Virus genome (UHGV): UHGV-0077013
Reading direction: 5' to 3' (one strand)
Length of the DNA: 23,130 bases
DNA from: a virus
Part shown: in pieces, positions 1 to 8,894 of the stretch
Position numbering within the stretch: position 1 is the first letter of the stretch
Layout of the letters: the number at the start of each line of letters is the position of its first letter
Program-made: the position numbers and the translations under genes
The notes under the pieces: generated by a model
Databases searched by the model: none
What the model saw: only the letters and a program-made list of their open reading frames with translations
Told to the model about the DNA's origin: nothing

Positions 1-678
1 TTATCTAAAGTTACTTATTACTCGATACCTTATGCTTTGGTTACTCGCATCAAGTACTTCGAATTTAGCGCCTTTATAGCCAATTGTTTTAGACTCCGCG
101 AGATCATACTCAACATCGTTGTTGAAGGCCGGGCGCGCTGTATTCGCTGAAAATTCACGATATCCAATGTTGATTTTGTTTCCGACCCTTCCGTTGTAAA
201 GCAGAGCTTGCTGGAAAGATGAGTCACCACTGATGTTCAGATTAACCTTTTCGATCGGCATGTTGGTTTCACAGGTGGTAGCGCCAAAAACTGTTATTAC
301 ACATAAGGCATTATTTTTCTTTTCTACCATGATGCCCTGCCACATATCGGCAAGAGCTGCCTTTTCCACATTGGCTGAATCAGCACCGTTTGTGAGAAAG
401 TAATAATCTGCCTTGTTATCCTCACCAACCTTTTTCAGCATCCCCGGAGTAATCGTATAAGCCCAGGAAACTCTCGCGGGAGCATTAACCTTCAAACCTT
501 CGAACTTCTGTGACTCACCCTGCTTAATCATCGAATCACCGACATAAGCTGTATTAATGCTTCCTACAGGAGGCTCACTATAACTTTCTGTTTTTGGTAA
601 ATAATTATACTTTGGAGATGTACATCCCCCGAGTAAAAGAGCCATGCCGACAACTGAATAAACTGTTAGAATTTTCAT
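1..678 (-). CDS. Predicted lipoprotein (moron/cargo candidate), function unknown
   Basis: Complete ORF with stop at 1-3. ATG at 676-678 gives a signal peptide with lipobox (MKILTVYSVVGMALLLGGC). The track's longer version begins with TTG at 718-720. Spot counts give about 33% GC in the first 60 nt against about 55% in the structural genes. Sits directly after the tape measure gene on the same strand. Confidence 0.6.
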   Translation of the reverse strand: MKILTVYSVVGMALLLGGCTSPKYNYLPKTESYSEPPVGSINTAYVGDSMIKQGESQKFEGLKVNAPARVSWAYTITPGMLKKVGEDNKADYYFLTNGADSANVEKAALADMWQGIMVEKKNNALCVITVFGATTCETNMPIEKVNLNISGDSSFQQALLYNGRVGNKINIGYREFSANTARPAFNNDVEYDLAESKTIGYKGAKFEVLDASNQSIRYRVISNFR

Positions 679-759
679 ATCCCTATTCCCATCATTAAAT
701 AATCGGACTAATCCTACCAAGAATCAGCAAAACGACAAAACCCGTACTTAAGCTGGCTA

Positions 760-2541
760 TTAGCCCCCCATACCAAACCGGGTGTAACCAACGTCGTGAT
801 TCACGTCGATACCACTGGAGCGGGTATCGGTCACCCGCATCCAGGGAGGCGCATCCTTAAACGAGACCGTAATCTCGCCTTCAGCCTTCTTCGGCGCAGC
901 CTGAACTATCTGATACGGATTGTATCCCTGAGCAGAAACGCCTGTACCGTACGCCCCATAGCCACCGCCCCCCCACTGAGTCGCATTGGCTGCAACCACC
1001 GTGTCGCTGGCACCATCAGTAAACCATTCAATAATCGGCTTCAGCTTGTCCCACATATCCTGAAACCACTTAACAACCGGCCCCCAGTTATTGATCACCA
1101 TCCCCAGCGGCGACCAGGCAAAAACTTTCTTAAGGAGTTCCCAGCCAGCCTCAAAATAAGGACCAATGGTTTCCCAGAGTTTCTTAAAATAAGGTCCGAC
1201 AACATCCCAGTTAGTGATAATTAATCCCGCAGCCAGGGCTATCGCCGTCGCAATCATGCCAATCGGCGTCATCGACATGATCCTGCTGACAATACTGATG
1301 GCACCGCCAACGCCCATCAATCCCAGTTTCAGAATCGCAAGACCGGCAGCAAGCCCGACGACGCCGCGAATAACCCGGGGATTTTCATCCGCAAACTTCG
1401 TGAATTTTTCCCCCAACTCCCCCAGCCATTGCGTGATATTTTTGGCGTCACCAGAAAATGCGCCGCCAATAGCCGCAAGGCCGTTAGTTGCGGTCCCCGT
1501 CATTGCCTCCCACAGGTTGGACAGCGTACCAAGCTGTGCCTGAACACGTTTATTCAGGCTGGCCTGTTTATTCATCTTCTGCTGGATCTGATCGTAGCCA
1601 TCCTTTCCTTTATCGATTAGTGCATTGACCACCTGAAGGGTTTCGGCATCATCACCAAATATTGCCTTAAGTACACCTGTTCGCTTAACGTCGGTCAGTT
1701 TTCGCAGCTTTGCCAGTTGCCTGAACATGTTATCAAGACCGCCAAAACTTCCTTTGCCGTCAGTAAAATCGAGCTGTACCCCGAGTTTCTGGCGGGCCAT
1801 GACTTTATTGACGTCCCTGATTTTCTTAACGCTTAATCCGGACTGGATAACTTTTCGCAGGGCATTACCTGCCGACTCCCCGTTCATCCCCATCTGATCC
1901 ATCATGACGCTGATGGGGGCAAGGCTCTGTGCAGCCTGAAGACCGTCCTTGTTCACCATCTTCAGAACAGAACTGGTTTTAGTGAAGAAGGACAACATGT
2001 TGGTATCGTCAACGCCCAGATAAAACGCCTTCTGGATAGTGTCGAACAGCCCCATCATGTCTTCTGACGCCGTTCCGGTAGCATCCTGCATCTTTGCAGC
2101 AAACTCAGCAGCCGCTTCCGGTGTTTTTTTCAGTTGTACCGCAAGATAAGCTGTCGCTTTACCCACACCACCCAGAATGTTTTCTGCCGGGATCCCCTGA
2201 CGCACCAGCATCTGCATCATGTTCTGGAAATCAGCCGTTGTACCGGGTAGCTGGTTACCCAGGCCAATAGCCAGTTTATTGATGTCCTGAAAGCTCTTTC
2301 CAACCTCGCCGTTCGCATCCATCATGGCGACTTTCAGCCCGGTAGCGGCGTTTTCCTGATCGGCATAAGATTTCAGGGAAAGCGTCAGACCCGCTGCCAG
2401 TCCTCCACCAAGCGCCAGCCCACCCTGTGACGCTTCTTCCGCCTGGCGTTTAAATCCCCGGATTTTCTTTTGCATTTTCGACAGCGCGGGAGAAAGCCTG
2501 TCGACACCGGTGATCAACGCCTTAAGCTCAAATTCAGCCAT
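760..2541 (-). CDS. Tail tape measure protein
   Basis: 593 aa, Ala/Gly-rich with C-terminal hydrophobic segments (GLAAGLAILKLGLMGVGGAISIV...). Lies immediately downstream of the frameshifted chaperone pair, the canonical position. ATG at 2539-2541. Confidence 0.85.
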   Translation of the reverse strand: MAEFELKALITGVDRLSPALSKMQKKIRGFKRQAEEASQGGLALGGGLAAGLTLSLKSYADQENAATGLKVAMMDANGEVGKSFQDINKLAIGLGNQLPGTTADFQNMMQMLVRQGIPAENILGGVGKATAYLAVQLKKTPEAAAEFAAKMQDATGTASEDMMGLFDTIQKAFYLGVDDTNMLSFFTKTSSVLKMVNKDGLQAAQSLAPISVMMDQMGMNGESAGNALRKVIQSGLSVKKIRDVNKVMARQKLGVQLDFTDGKGSFGGLDNMFRQLAKLRKLTDVKRTGVLKAIFGDDAETLQVVNALIDKGKDGYDQIQQKMNKQASLNKRVQAQLGTLSNLWEAMTGTATNGLAAIGGAFSGDAKNITQWLGELGEKFTKFADENPRVIRGVVGLAAGLAILKLGLMGVGGAISIVSRIMSMTPIGMIATAIALAAGLIITNWDVVGPYFKKLWETIGPYFEAGWELLKKVFAWSPLGMVINNWGPVVKWFQDMWDKLKPIIEWFTDGASDTVVAANATQWGGGGYGAYGTGVSAQGYNPYQIVQAAPKKAEGEITVSFKDAPPWMRVTDTRSSGIDVNHDVGYTRFGMGG

Positions 2542-2952
2542 GTGTGCGTTTCTCCTGCTCTATCCTGTTTGCCTGACTGACCAGTAAGGGAATTTCACTG
2601 ATCGGCATATTCAGCAATTCGAAAGGATTAATGCGCCAGTAGCTGGCGCAGTCAAAGAAGCGATCAGTGAGGTATTCAGCCGTCAGGCCTGGAGGAAAAA
2701 ACCAGCCACAAGCCACGCCGCTGCATTCAGGTCTGCCGGAGACATCTGGTCGACAGAGCTTTGCGGCACTTTCGCCAGCCGCACAATGTATTTCGACACC
2801 ACATGCGCCAGAAGTCTGACTGACTCATCCTGATTCATCTGGTAGGGATACCCCAGCTCGCGGACATCCTTCCCGGTGGGTTCATCAAACTCCAGTACGG
2901 AGAGTGTCTCGCCATGAGCAGTAATCGGTTTCTTTAACTCAAGCTCTTTCAT
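2534..2952 (-). CDS. Tail assembly chaperone, -1 frameshift fusion product (E+E' / G-T type)
   Basis: Slippery heptamer T_TTT_TTC on the minus strand (plus 2695-2701) in the 0 frame. The -1 frame continues as ...FFPPGLTAEYLTDRF... to a stop at 2534-2536, just before the tape measure ATG. Matches the track ORF 2534..2716. Confidence 0.6.
2683..2952 (-). CDS. Tail assembly chaperone, short in-frame product (P2 gpE-like)
   Basis: 89-aa ORF between the tail tube and tape measure genes. Its start overlaps the tube stop (TAATG). Contains a slippery heptamer near its 3' end. Confidence 0.75.
   Translation of the reverse strand: MKELELKKPITAHGETLSVLEFDEPTGKDVRELGYPYQMNQDESVRLLAHVVSKYIVRLAKVPQSSVDQMSPADLNAAAWLVAGFFLQA
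2695..2701 (-). other. Programmed -1 ribosomal frameshift slippery site (TTTTTTC)
   Basis: Minus-strand codons are GGT TTT TTC CTC CAG GCC TGA. The heptamer T TTT TTC fits the X_XXY_YYZ rule, and the -1 frame ORF extends 53 codons beyond it. Confidence 0.6.
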
Positions 2953-3308
2953 TACTGGTAATCCCCTTCTTCACCGTGGAACTCAAGATCAACCGTGCCT
3001 TCTTCGGCATTATGGTTCGCTTCGCCGTGCAGCCAGGCAGACGACAGTACATAGACCTGACCGTTCGCCAGCTCGGCAGTGATGGTCATCTCATCAGACG
3101 AGGTGATTTTGCTTACCGGAAAATTCTTCGGCACCTTGAAGGTCCCTTTGACATAAGGCGCACGGTGAGTTTCCTTGCGGTCCACAGAACCGTCCAGGCC
3201 GATGATGTCATCATTGACCGTCCTGTTCATGGGCACCTCAATGCCGCCGGTCAGCGATAGCTGCTGACCGTCAATTTTGAAATAACAGGTTCCCCCGATA
3301 CGGGCCAT
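2952..3308 (-). CDS. Tail tube protein (contractile tail)
   Basis: 118 aa, immediately downstream of the sheath gene with a TAATG stop/start overlap. Size and position are typical for a myovirus tube protein. Confidence 0.7.
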   Translation of the reverse strand: MARIGGTCYFKIDGQQLSLTGGIEVPMNRTVNDDIIGLDGSVDRKETHRAPYVKGTFKVPKNFPVSKITSSDEMTITAELANGQVYVLSSAWLHGEANHNAEEGTVDLEFHGEEGDYQ

Positions 3309-4804
3309 TATGCAGACTCCTCTGAATACTGAAGACGGAACTGGTTAACCACGGCAAAAACACGCAACTGGTTAACATAGTCAGGCGGGAACAGCGTGTT
3401 CAGGCGGTTCGGATCGCTGGCATCACGCTCCACAACCAGGTACTGCTTAAACAGTTCGTAGTTTTCCACGATCCCCGCACGCTCAAGCTGACGGTAGGTT
3501 GCCAGCAGTTCCCCTTTGATTACCGCCGGGGTGACAATCGCCTGACCGGGACCAAAGCGGGTACCGTCGCTGGCAAGCTTGTGACGCCCGTACTTACTGG
3601 TAATGACGGATTTCAGTTTGCGCAGTACATACGCACTGGTATGCAGCGTCTCGCTGTCGAGGTAGCTGTTATCCGCAACCCCGTAAGCATTTTTCCTGTA
3701 CGTGGTGACATCACGCTGAATGCGCAGCACCCCGCTTTCGACATACGCCGTTGCCACGCCATGAGACAGCAGGGTCTGTTGCTCGGTCATCGTGAACCGT
3801 TTCCCCTTCGGCGCAGGCAGCATACCCACCAGCTCACCGGTCTGCGTGGGACGTGCCGGATCGTTGCGGATAAACACCGCTGCGCGGGCGGTACGGCTTG
3901 CCGCCAGCTCATCGGCAGGCGTCTGGGTGTCTTTTTCGTACCCAGCCAGGGTAATGTGCTGCTGGTTAAACTGGTCACCTGCGGTCACCAGTTCTGACAG
4001 CGTGCCGATCTTTGCCGTATACACATGACCATACAGCTGACGCGCATAGCTCCAGCGACCGCTGGTATCGTTCATCTCGGTCACCAGCGTGTTAACGGAG
4101 GCCGTGTCGTTGAACGGCAGGCCGATATAATCAAACGGCTCATCCGCCATTGCAGCCACCGCGCCGGTGAGAACAGGAGAGCCCGTTCCGGCGGTCCCCG
4201 TCGCCACGGCAATCTGTACGCCCGCAGGCAGCACTTCGCCCCCACCAAAGCCGTAGTAATTGAGGCTGACAGGAATTTCATTCCCGCAAAGCCCCTTATG
4301 ACGCGCGGTCAGTGTGACCACGCCTGCCGAAGATGAGGCCGTAAACGGCAGGGCCGGAACGGCATTGATGGCATCCTGGATACTGCTGGCAATCGTCGTG
4401 ACGTTATCGCCGTTGGTCACCGGTGCCTGCACGCGGGTACGTCCCACATACACATTCACCGTGCCGGTTTCGGTTGCTGCTCCGGTCACCGTCAGCGTAA
4501 CCGTTGCCGCCGCGCCTGTGGCTTCCGGAACGGCAATCACATACAGCTCGCCAAACGGGTCGGTCTGGCGATAAGCCTCGACCATACGCGCCAGCTGACT
4601 TCCCGCACCACAAATCTGGCGTGCATAGTCTGCCGACGGCATCAGCACCAGACTGTTGGCAACAATCTCTGCACCGTTATTGGCGTGACCAATCAGCAAC
4701 GATGCCCCGCTGTCCTGTGCAGTATTCGCCGCCGAGTTATCCATTTCCGCATAAAACAGCGGAACCAGCGTATTCGACGGAATGGTGTTAAAGCTTATCG
4801 TCAT
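3308..4804 (-). CDS. Tail sheath protein
   Basis: 498 aa with a sheath-like composition and size. AGGTGA Shine-Dalgarno 7 nt before the ATG at 4802-4804. Followed by tube and chaperone genes. Confidence 0.85.
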   Translation of the reverse strand: MTISFNTIPSNTLVPLFYAEMDNSAANTAQDSGASLLIGHANNGAEIVANSLVLMPSADYARQICGAGSQLARMVEAYRQTDPFGELYVIAVPEATGAAATVTLTVTGAATETGTVNVYVGRTRVQAPVTNGDNVTTIASSIQDAINAVPALPFTASSSAGVVTLTARHKGLCGNEIPVSLNYYGFGGGEVLPAGVQIAVATGTAGTGSPVLTGAVAAMADEPFDYIGLPFNDTASVNTLVTEMNDTSGRWSYARQLYGHVYTAKIGTLSELVTAGDQFNQQHITLAGYEKDTQTPADELAASRTARAAVFIRNDPARPTQTGELVGMLPAPKGKRFTMTEQQTLLSHGVATAYVESGVLRIQRDVTTYRKNAYGVADNSYLDSETLHTSAYVLRKLKSVITSKYGRHKLASDGTRFGPGQAIVTPAVIKGELLATYRQLERAGIVENYELFKQYLVVERDASDPNRLNTLFPPDYVNQLRVFAVVNQFRLQYSEESA

Positions 4805-4966
4805 CGGTGTTCACCTTTTTATTCACGCGCCGGATATCACCCGCTGCTTCACGGCGCAGCCAGTAGTTGTTCTCGTCAACATTTCGCCCTTCGGCGGGCA
4901 AAAGGTCACCGCGGGCAGGGTCAGGCACTGACCGCCCTTTAACAGGTTTCACAAACATGAAGATTC

Positions 4967-5527
4967 TCAGGAAGGAAGGGTTATTTCGGTGTGATGTTCG
5001 ATATCGCCGTCAGGCCCGTTACCGGGATCGAGATAATCAACATCAATCGCCAGCGTTCGCAGTTCATCCAGACTGTTCAGCTCATCCTGCTGGCGGGTAT
5101 CGTCTTCGGTCAGCTCGCTGATGACCGAAAAATCGAACTGATAAATCAGCTCATGACGATTCAGATCCAGCAGCGTGCCGCCGTCATAGGTAATCGGGTT
5201 ACCGCACGCTTCCGGGTTCCAGCCCAGCAGGGCCTTAAAGAGCATCTGCCGGACATCGTCCACCACATCATACGAGGCAAACTGACCGCGCTCATCACGC
5301 CCGTTACTCAGTATGACAACCACGGAGAAGCCCTCTTTCAGCTCCTGCCAGTAGTCGGTCTGGCTTTTGTTTTCTCCCGGAGAGTCATCACCCGGTACCA
5401 CATACGCCGCCGGGAGTTTCAGCTTTCCGACCTCCGGCAGATTTTTGAACTGGGCCGCGCCTGCAACCCGGTTTTCAAAATACGGGCAGCGGGCACGCAG
5501 CGCAGCAATAACAGGCGTCAGTTTCAT
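4967..5527 (-). CDS. Tail-associated protein (tail completion / terminator candidate)
   Basis: 186-aa ORF between the neck genes and the sheath, with an ATGA overlap to the upstream gene. Function inferred from position only. Confidence 0.45.
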   Translation of the reverse strand: MKLTPVIAALRARCPYFENRVAGAAQFKNLPEVGKLKLPAAYVVPGDDSPGENKSQTDYWQELKEGFSVVVILSNGRDERGQFASYDVVDDVRQMLFKALLGWNPEACGNPITYDGGTLLDLNRHELIYQFDFSVISELTEDDTRQQDELNSLDELRTLAIDVDYLDPGNGPDGDIEHHTEITLPS

Positions 5528-6030
5528 CTGTGTCGTCGCTCCGGCTTCAGTGATTTACGCAATTCCCGCGCCAGAAAATAGCGTGTCCAGCTGCGGTTCT
5601 TTTCAAGAGTTTCCACCATAAAGTTATTACGTGGAGCCAGTCGCCAGCCGCTGCCACCGGATGCACCACGATGATGGCTGCGACGACGCTTTGCCCCTCG
5701 CCTCACGCCATAGAACAGAAAAGCCGGATAAAAATCACCGGTGATACGGCGGTTTCCCTCTCCATTACGCTGGTTAGGGGCTATACGTGCCATAAAACCA
5801 GGGCGATGTTTACTGGCTCTGGGTACCATGTAACCAATCGAACGAGCCAGGCGTCCGGTCTGATAACCGGGGTTTTCACCCGGTGCCGACCGCGCACGGC
5901 GCATCACCAGCCGACGGGCATCACGCATATGACGCTGACCAATCGTGACAAACGCCCGCCTGACACGGGCGCGGTTAAAGCGCATCTCCGCGGGCTGCTG
6001 AAAATCAACGTGCAAAAAGGAAGTCGTCAT
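5524..6030 (-). CDS. HK97 gp10-like virion morphogenesis / tail component protein
   Basis: 168 aa, basic, with a PGENPGYQTGRLARSI motif resembling the HK97 gp10 family. Position follows the head-closure gene. Confidence 0.6.
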   Translation of the reverse strand: MTTSFLHVDFQQPAEMRFNRARVRRAFVTIGQRHMRDARRLVMRRARSAPGENPGYQTGRLARSIGYMVPRASKHRPGFMARIAPNQRNGEGNRRITGDFYPAFLFYGVRRGAKRRRSHHRGASGGSGWRLAPRNNFMVETLEKNRSWTRYFLARELRKSLKPERRHR

Positions 6031-6415
6031 TGTTGCCTCCGTGACTCTGCCTACATTCGCCCAGCTCCGTACACTCCAGCAGCAGAAAGCGCCGCGCCCC
6101 GTTCAGATCGCGCTGACGTTTCACCCGGTACACACTGTCACCGCAGACCACCTCATAATCAGCGGTGATCCCCCGGCGGTAACGAATGGTGATGTAATGG
6201 GTGATGGCGTCCCCGGTCTGCGCGGTTTCCTGCCAGGTGGTGGCACTGGTCTGGATAACCTTCGCCCATGTCCGGAACGTAACCGGGTATTGAGGCTCCA
6301 CGCCAAAGTTATCCGCGGGCATATCCACCCGCTGGCGAATCAGGACGCGTTTATTCAGTTCGCCGGGGTCCGGCAGAATGTAGGTTGCGCTGGTCTGCGC
6401 CTGACGAATTTTCAT
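6005..6415 (-). CDS. Head closure / head-tail joining protein
   Basis: 136 aa with ...ITHYITIRYRRGIT... resembling head-tail joining proteins. Coupled to the connector gene. Confidence 0.6.
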   Translation of the reverse strand: MKIRQAQTSATYILPDPGELNKRVLIRQRVDMPADNFGVEPQYPVTFRTWAKVIQTSATTWQETAQTGDAITHYITIRYRRGITADYEVVCGDSVYRVKRQRDLNGARRFLLLECTELGECRQSHGGNNDDFLFAR

Positions 6416-6735
6416 TGCGGAAAGTACCTGTACGGGCCGACAAGCCAGCCAAAACTCTGCGGCATGTCGAGTTTCTCCACTTCCGTAACCGACGAGCGGT
6501 TTTCGTAAAAATGGCTGATAAGCATCAGCATCCCCAGACGAATATCATCCGGCAGTTGCAGCCCGTCCGGATCGCTGTCCGGAATGGTTTCATCCGGAGC
6601 ATAGAGCTTCCGGTTCAGATACGTTTCCGTCCGCTTTTGCGCCGCACAGGCCAGCAGTTGCAGATGGCGGTCATCAGCATCGAAATCCTCATCCAGCCGG
6701 AGTTGGGCTTTAATCTCTTCCATTGTCAGAAGCAT
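6412..6735 (-). CDS. gp6-like head-tail connector protein
   Basis: 107 aa; the N-terminus MLLTMEEIKAQLRLDEDFDADD...LLACAAQ is typical of gp6-like connector proteins. Located after the capsid gene. Confidence 0.7.
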   Translation of the reverse strand: MLLTMEEIKAQLRLDEDFDADDRHLQLLACAAQKRTETYLNRKLYAPDETIPDSDPDGLQLPDDIRLGMLMLISHFYENRSSVTEVEKLDMPQSFGWLVGPYRYFPQ

Positions 6736-6737
6736 AC

Positions 6738-6938
6738 TCAGCCCTCTTTACTGGTCGTGGCTTTTTTCTCTTTTGTCGCTTTACTGCTTTTTGCACTGGT
6801 TCCGCGCTCTGCTAACCCGGCCTGAAGTGCAATCTCCTGCACCCGGGCAGGAAGCGCCCCGTCGTCATACTCACCGGCCCGAATGACCTCAACACGCATA
6901 CCGTCCGGTGACCATTTCAGATCTTGTTTCAGGATCAT
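6738..6938 (-). CDS. Small hypothetical protein between capsid and connector genes
   Basis: 66-aa ORF with ATG at 6936-6938, coupled to the connector gene start. Lys/Ser/Thr-rich C-terminus and only a weak Shine-Dalgarno. Confidence 0.4.
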   Translation of the reverse strand: MILKQDLKWSPDGMRVEVIRAGEYDDGALPARVQEIALQAGLAERGTSAKSSKATKEKKATTSKEG

Positions 6939-6959
6939 GATTCTTCACCCGTCAGAACA

Positions 6960-6980
6960 GGGGGCGCGGTTCCGCGCCCC
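6960..6980 (-). terminator. GC-rich perfect hairpin just 3' of the major capsid gene (attenuator / mRNA stabiliser candidate)
   Basis: GGGGGCGCGGTTCCGCGCCCC is a perfect 8-9 bp GC stem lying 8 nt downstream of the capsid stop (6988-6990). No U-tract follows on the transcript, so it is not a classic intrinsic terminator. Confidence 0.4.
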
Positions 6981-6987
6981 TGAGTGA

Positions 6988-8193
6988 TTACGCCGCTGCA
7001 ATCTTCAGCAGTTTGATGGCCTGCGAATCGACCAGCATCCCGCCGGTGCGCTTGGTGGTATAAAAACCGACAAACGGTTTATTGGTGTACGGGTCACGCA
7101 GAATGCGGGTGCCGATACGGTCAACGATGGTGTAACCCCGTTTGAAGTTACCAAATGCAATGGCTTTCGCATCAGCGGCGATATCCGGCATCTGTTCGTT
7201 TTCAGCGATACCGTAACCCGCCAGAGAGGACGGCTGCCCCAGTTCCAGCCCCGGACGCCACAGATAGTTACCCTCGGTGTCTTTCAGCAGACGGATGGCA
7301 AACAGGCTGTTGTTGTTCATCATGAACTTCGCGCCAGTGCGGTGTGCCTTACGCAGCGTGTAAATCAGTTTGATAATGGCGTCTGCGGTCACCGCGGTCG
7401 CTTCGCCGGATACAATATGCTGAAGTTTGCCGAACGCCCGGACCTTGTCGGTTTCATCGGTGGATTCATACGCCAGGAACCCTTTCGGCTTCTTGGTGCC
7501 ATCGCCTGAGGTAAAGGCAATTTCTTCCTGTTCGGCAAATTCGGTTGCCAGCTCGCTGTTGATCCAGGCCTCCACGTTGAAGAAGGCATCGTCCAGCATT
7601 TTCTGGGTAGCCTGCGGGTTGCCGTAGATTTCCCCCATGAGAGGTTCAATCAGCTCCAGTCTGGAGGTGGCAGTCTGGGATCGCGTATCCGTTTCCCCCA
7701 CCCATCCGGAAGCCGTACCGCCCAGATTCACCAGTTTTTTGTAGTCGGAACCGCCAACGGTGATCACCGTGGCTTCCTGACGCATCACCACTTCATCTTT
7801 CAGCAGGTTAAGAATGTTGCGATCCAGTTCTTCCGGCACGGCATAGCCACCGTCTTCATCGGTGCCCACCTGCAATGCCTTGCGCTCCAGATCGCGCAGA
7901 CCGTCTTCACGGCCTTTACGCAGGAAGCCCACAAACGCCTCTTTATGCTCGGTGGCCAGTTTATTTTGCGCACCACCTGCCGGACGTTTCAGCTCAAGCA
8001 GCTCTTTTTCAAGGTCGCTTTTGAGATTTTCCAGCTCGCTGAGTTTCCCGTTCAGGGTTTCCACCTGCCCGGCAAGTTTGCCTTTTTCCTGCTCAATCGC
8101 ATCCACGCGCTTGTCGTTCTTTGCTTTGAAGTCGTCAAACTTCTGCTGCAGTTCCTGCGCGACCTGTTCGACATCTTTAATATCTACCGCCAT
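6988..8193 (-). CDS. Major capsid protein, HK97-like with N-terminal delta domain
   Basis: 401 aa. The N-terminal ~100 aa are coiled-coil-like (KLSELENLKSDLEKELLELK), followed by an HK97-fold-like body. Strong AGGAGA Shine-Dalgarno before the ATG at 8191-8193. Gene order is portal, protease, capsid. Confidence 0.9.
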   Translation of the reverse strand: MAVDIKDVEQVAQELQQKFDDFKAKNDKRVDAIEQEKGKLAGQVETLNGKLSELENLKSDLEKELLELKRPAGGAQNKLATEHKEAFVGFLRKGREDGLRDLERKALQVGTDEDGGYAVPEELDRNILNLLKDEVVMRQEATVITVGGSDYKKLVNLGGTASGWVGETDTRSQTATSRLELIEPLMGEIYGNPQATQKMLDDAFFNVEAWINSELATEFAEQEEIAFTSGDGTKKPKGFLAYESTDETDKVRAFGKLQHIVSGEATAVTADAIIKLIYTLRKAHRTGAKFMMNNNSLFAIRLLKDTEGNYLWRPGLELGQPSSLAGYGIAENEQMPDIAADAKAIAFGNFKRGYTIVDRIGTRILRDPYTNKPFVGFYTTKRTGGMLVDSQAIKLLKIAAA

Positions 8194-8207
8194 CGTATTT
8201 CTCCTGA

Positions 8208-8894
8208 TTAGAAGTTCAGATTTTTCAGTGCATTCAGTGCAGAGCTCACATCCTCAGCGTCGCGCAGGGACAGTGCGCCATAGCCCCCGGCCATGAATGC
8301 TTTGGCCTGGGTACGGGAGAGTCCGACATCACGCAGGACTCTTTCGATTTTTTTCTGTTCGGGGATTTCCCCGCGGGCCAGTGCGTTCTTGACGTCGCTG
8401 ATCCGCGCCTCGTCGTTAGACGGGAACGTCACCAGGCTGACTTCCCAGAGGTCGATTTCTTTCAGCAGAAAGGCTTCTTTGCTCCGGTCGTATTCCCAGT
8501 CTTTCAGGACGTACCCAATAGAAAGGCCGGTTAACGAACCGGCCTTCATGTGTGCATGTGCGCGTTTTGCGAGGGGATCATCATCAATAAGCAACCGTCC
8601 CCTGACGTAAAGCCCGACATCGTCTTCCTTCATTTCGGTGTAAACACCGATGGGTTCATCCATGCGGTGCTGCCAGAGCAGCGCAGGTAACGCTTTTCTG
8701 TCACTCCACGCCCGCAGGGAAGCAGCAAATGCCCCGGACATCACCACATCATCGTGGCTGTCCTTTACACCAAAGACGGAGCCATACCCTTCAAACTCAC
8801 CGGAGTCACTGACAGATTTCAGACTCAGCGGTACATCAAGACGTTGTTTCGTCTGCATTGGCGTTATCCTTCTGCTTACCGGCCTTACTGCCAT
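8208..8894 (-). CDS. Prohead protease (HK97 family)
   Basis: 228 aa with ...FEGYGSVFGVKDSHDDVVMSGAF..., typical of HK97-type prohead proteases. It overlaps the portal 3' end, so the true start may be the internal ATG near 8858. Confidence 0.8.
   Translation of the reverse strand: MAVRPVSRRITPMQTKQRLDVPLSLKSVSDSGEFEGYGSVFGVKDSHDDVVMSGAFAASLRAWSDRKALPALLWQHRMDEPIGVYTEMKEDDVGLYVRGRLLIDDDPLAKRAHAHMKAGSLTGLSIGYVLKDWEYDRSKEAFLLKEIDLWEVSLVTFPSNDEARISDVKNALARGEIPEQKKIERVLRDVGLSRTQAKAFMAGGYGALSLRDAEDVSSALNALKNLNF

Noticed and set aside
796-1620. Plus-strand ORFs (796..1224, 1214..1543, 1429..1620) inside the tape measure gene
   Set aside because: Antisense shadow ORFs within a well-supported minus-strand gene, with low-complexity Pro/Ala/Arg-rich translations typical of the reverse frame of GC-rich coding DNA.
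3581-6825. Plus-strand ORFs overlapping the sheath, neck and connector genes (for example 3581..3997, 4991..5581, 5671..6168, 6041..6508, 6385..6825), plus minus-strand alternative-frame ORFs (3787..3978, 4081..4281, 4404..4613, 6121..6306)
   Set aside because: All lie entirely within or against stronger coupled minus-strand genes and have Arg/Pro/Cys-rich composition typical of off-frame translation.
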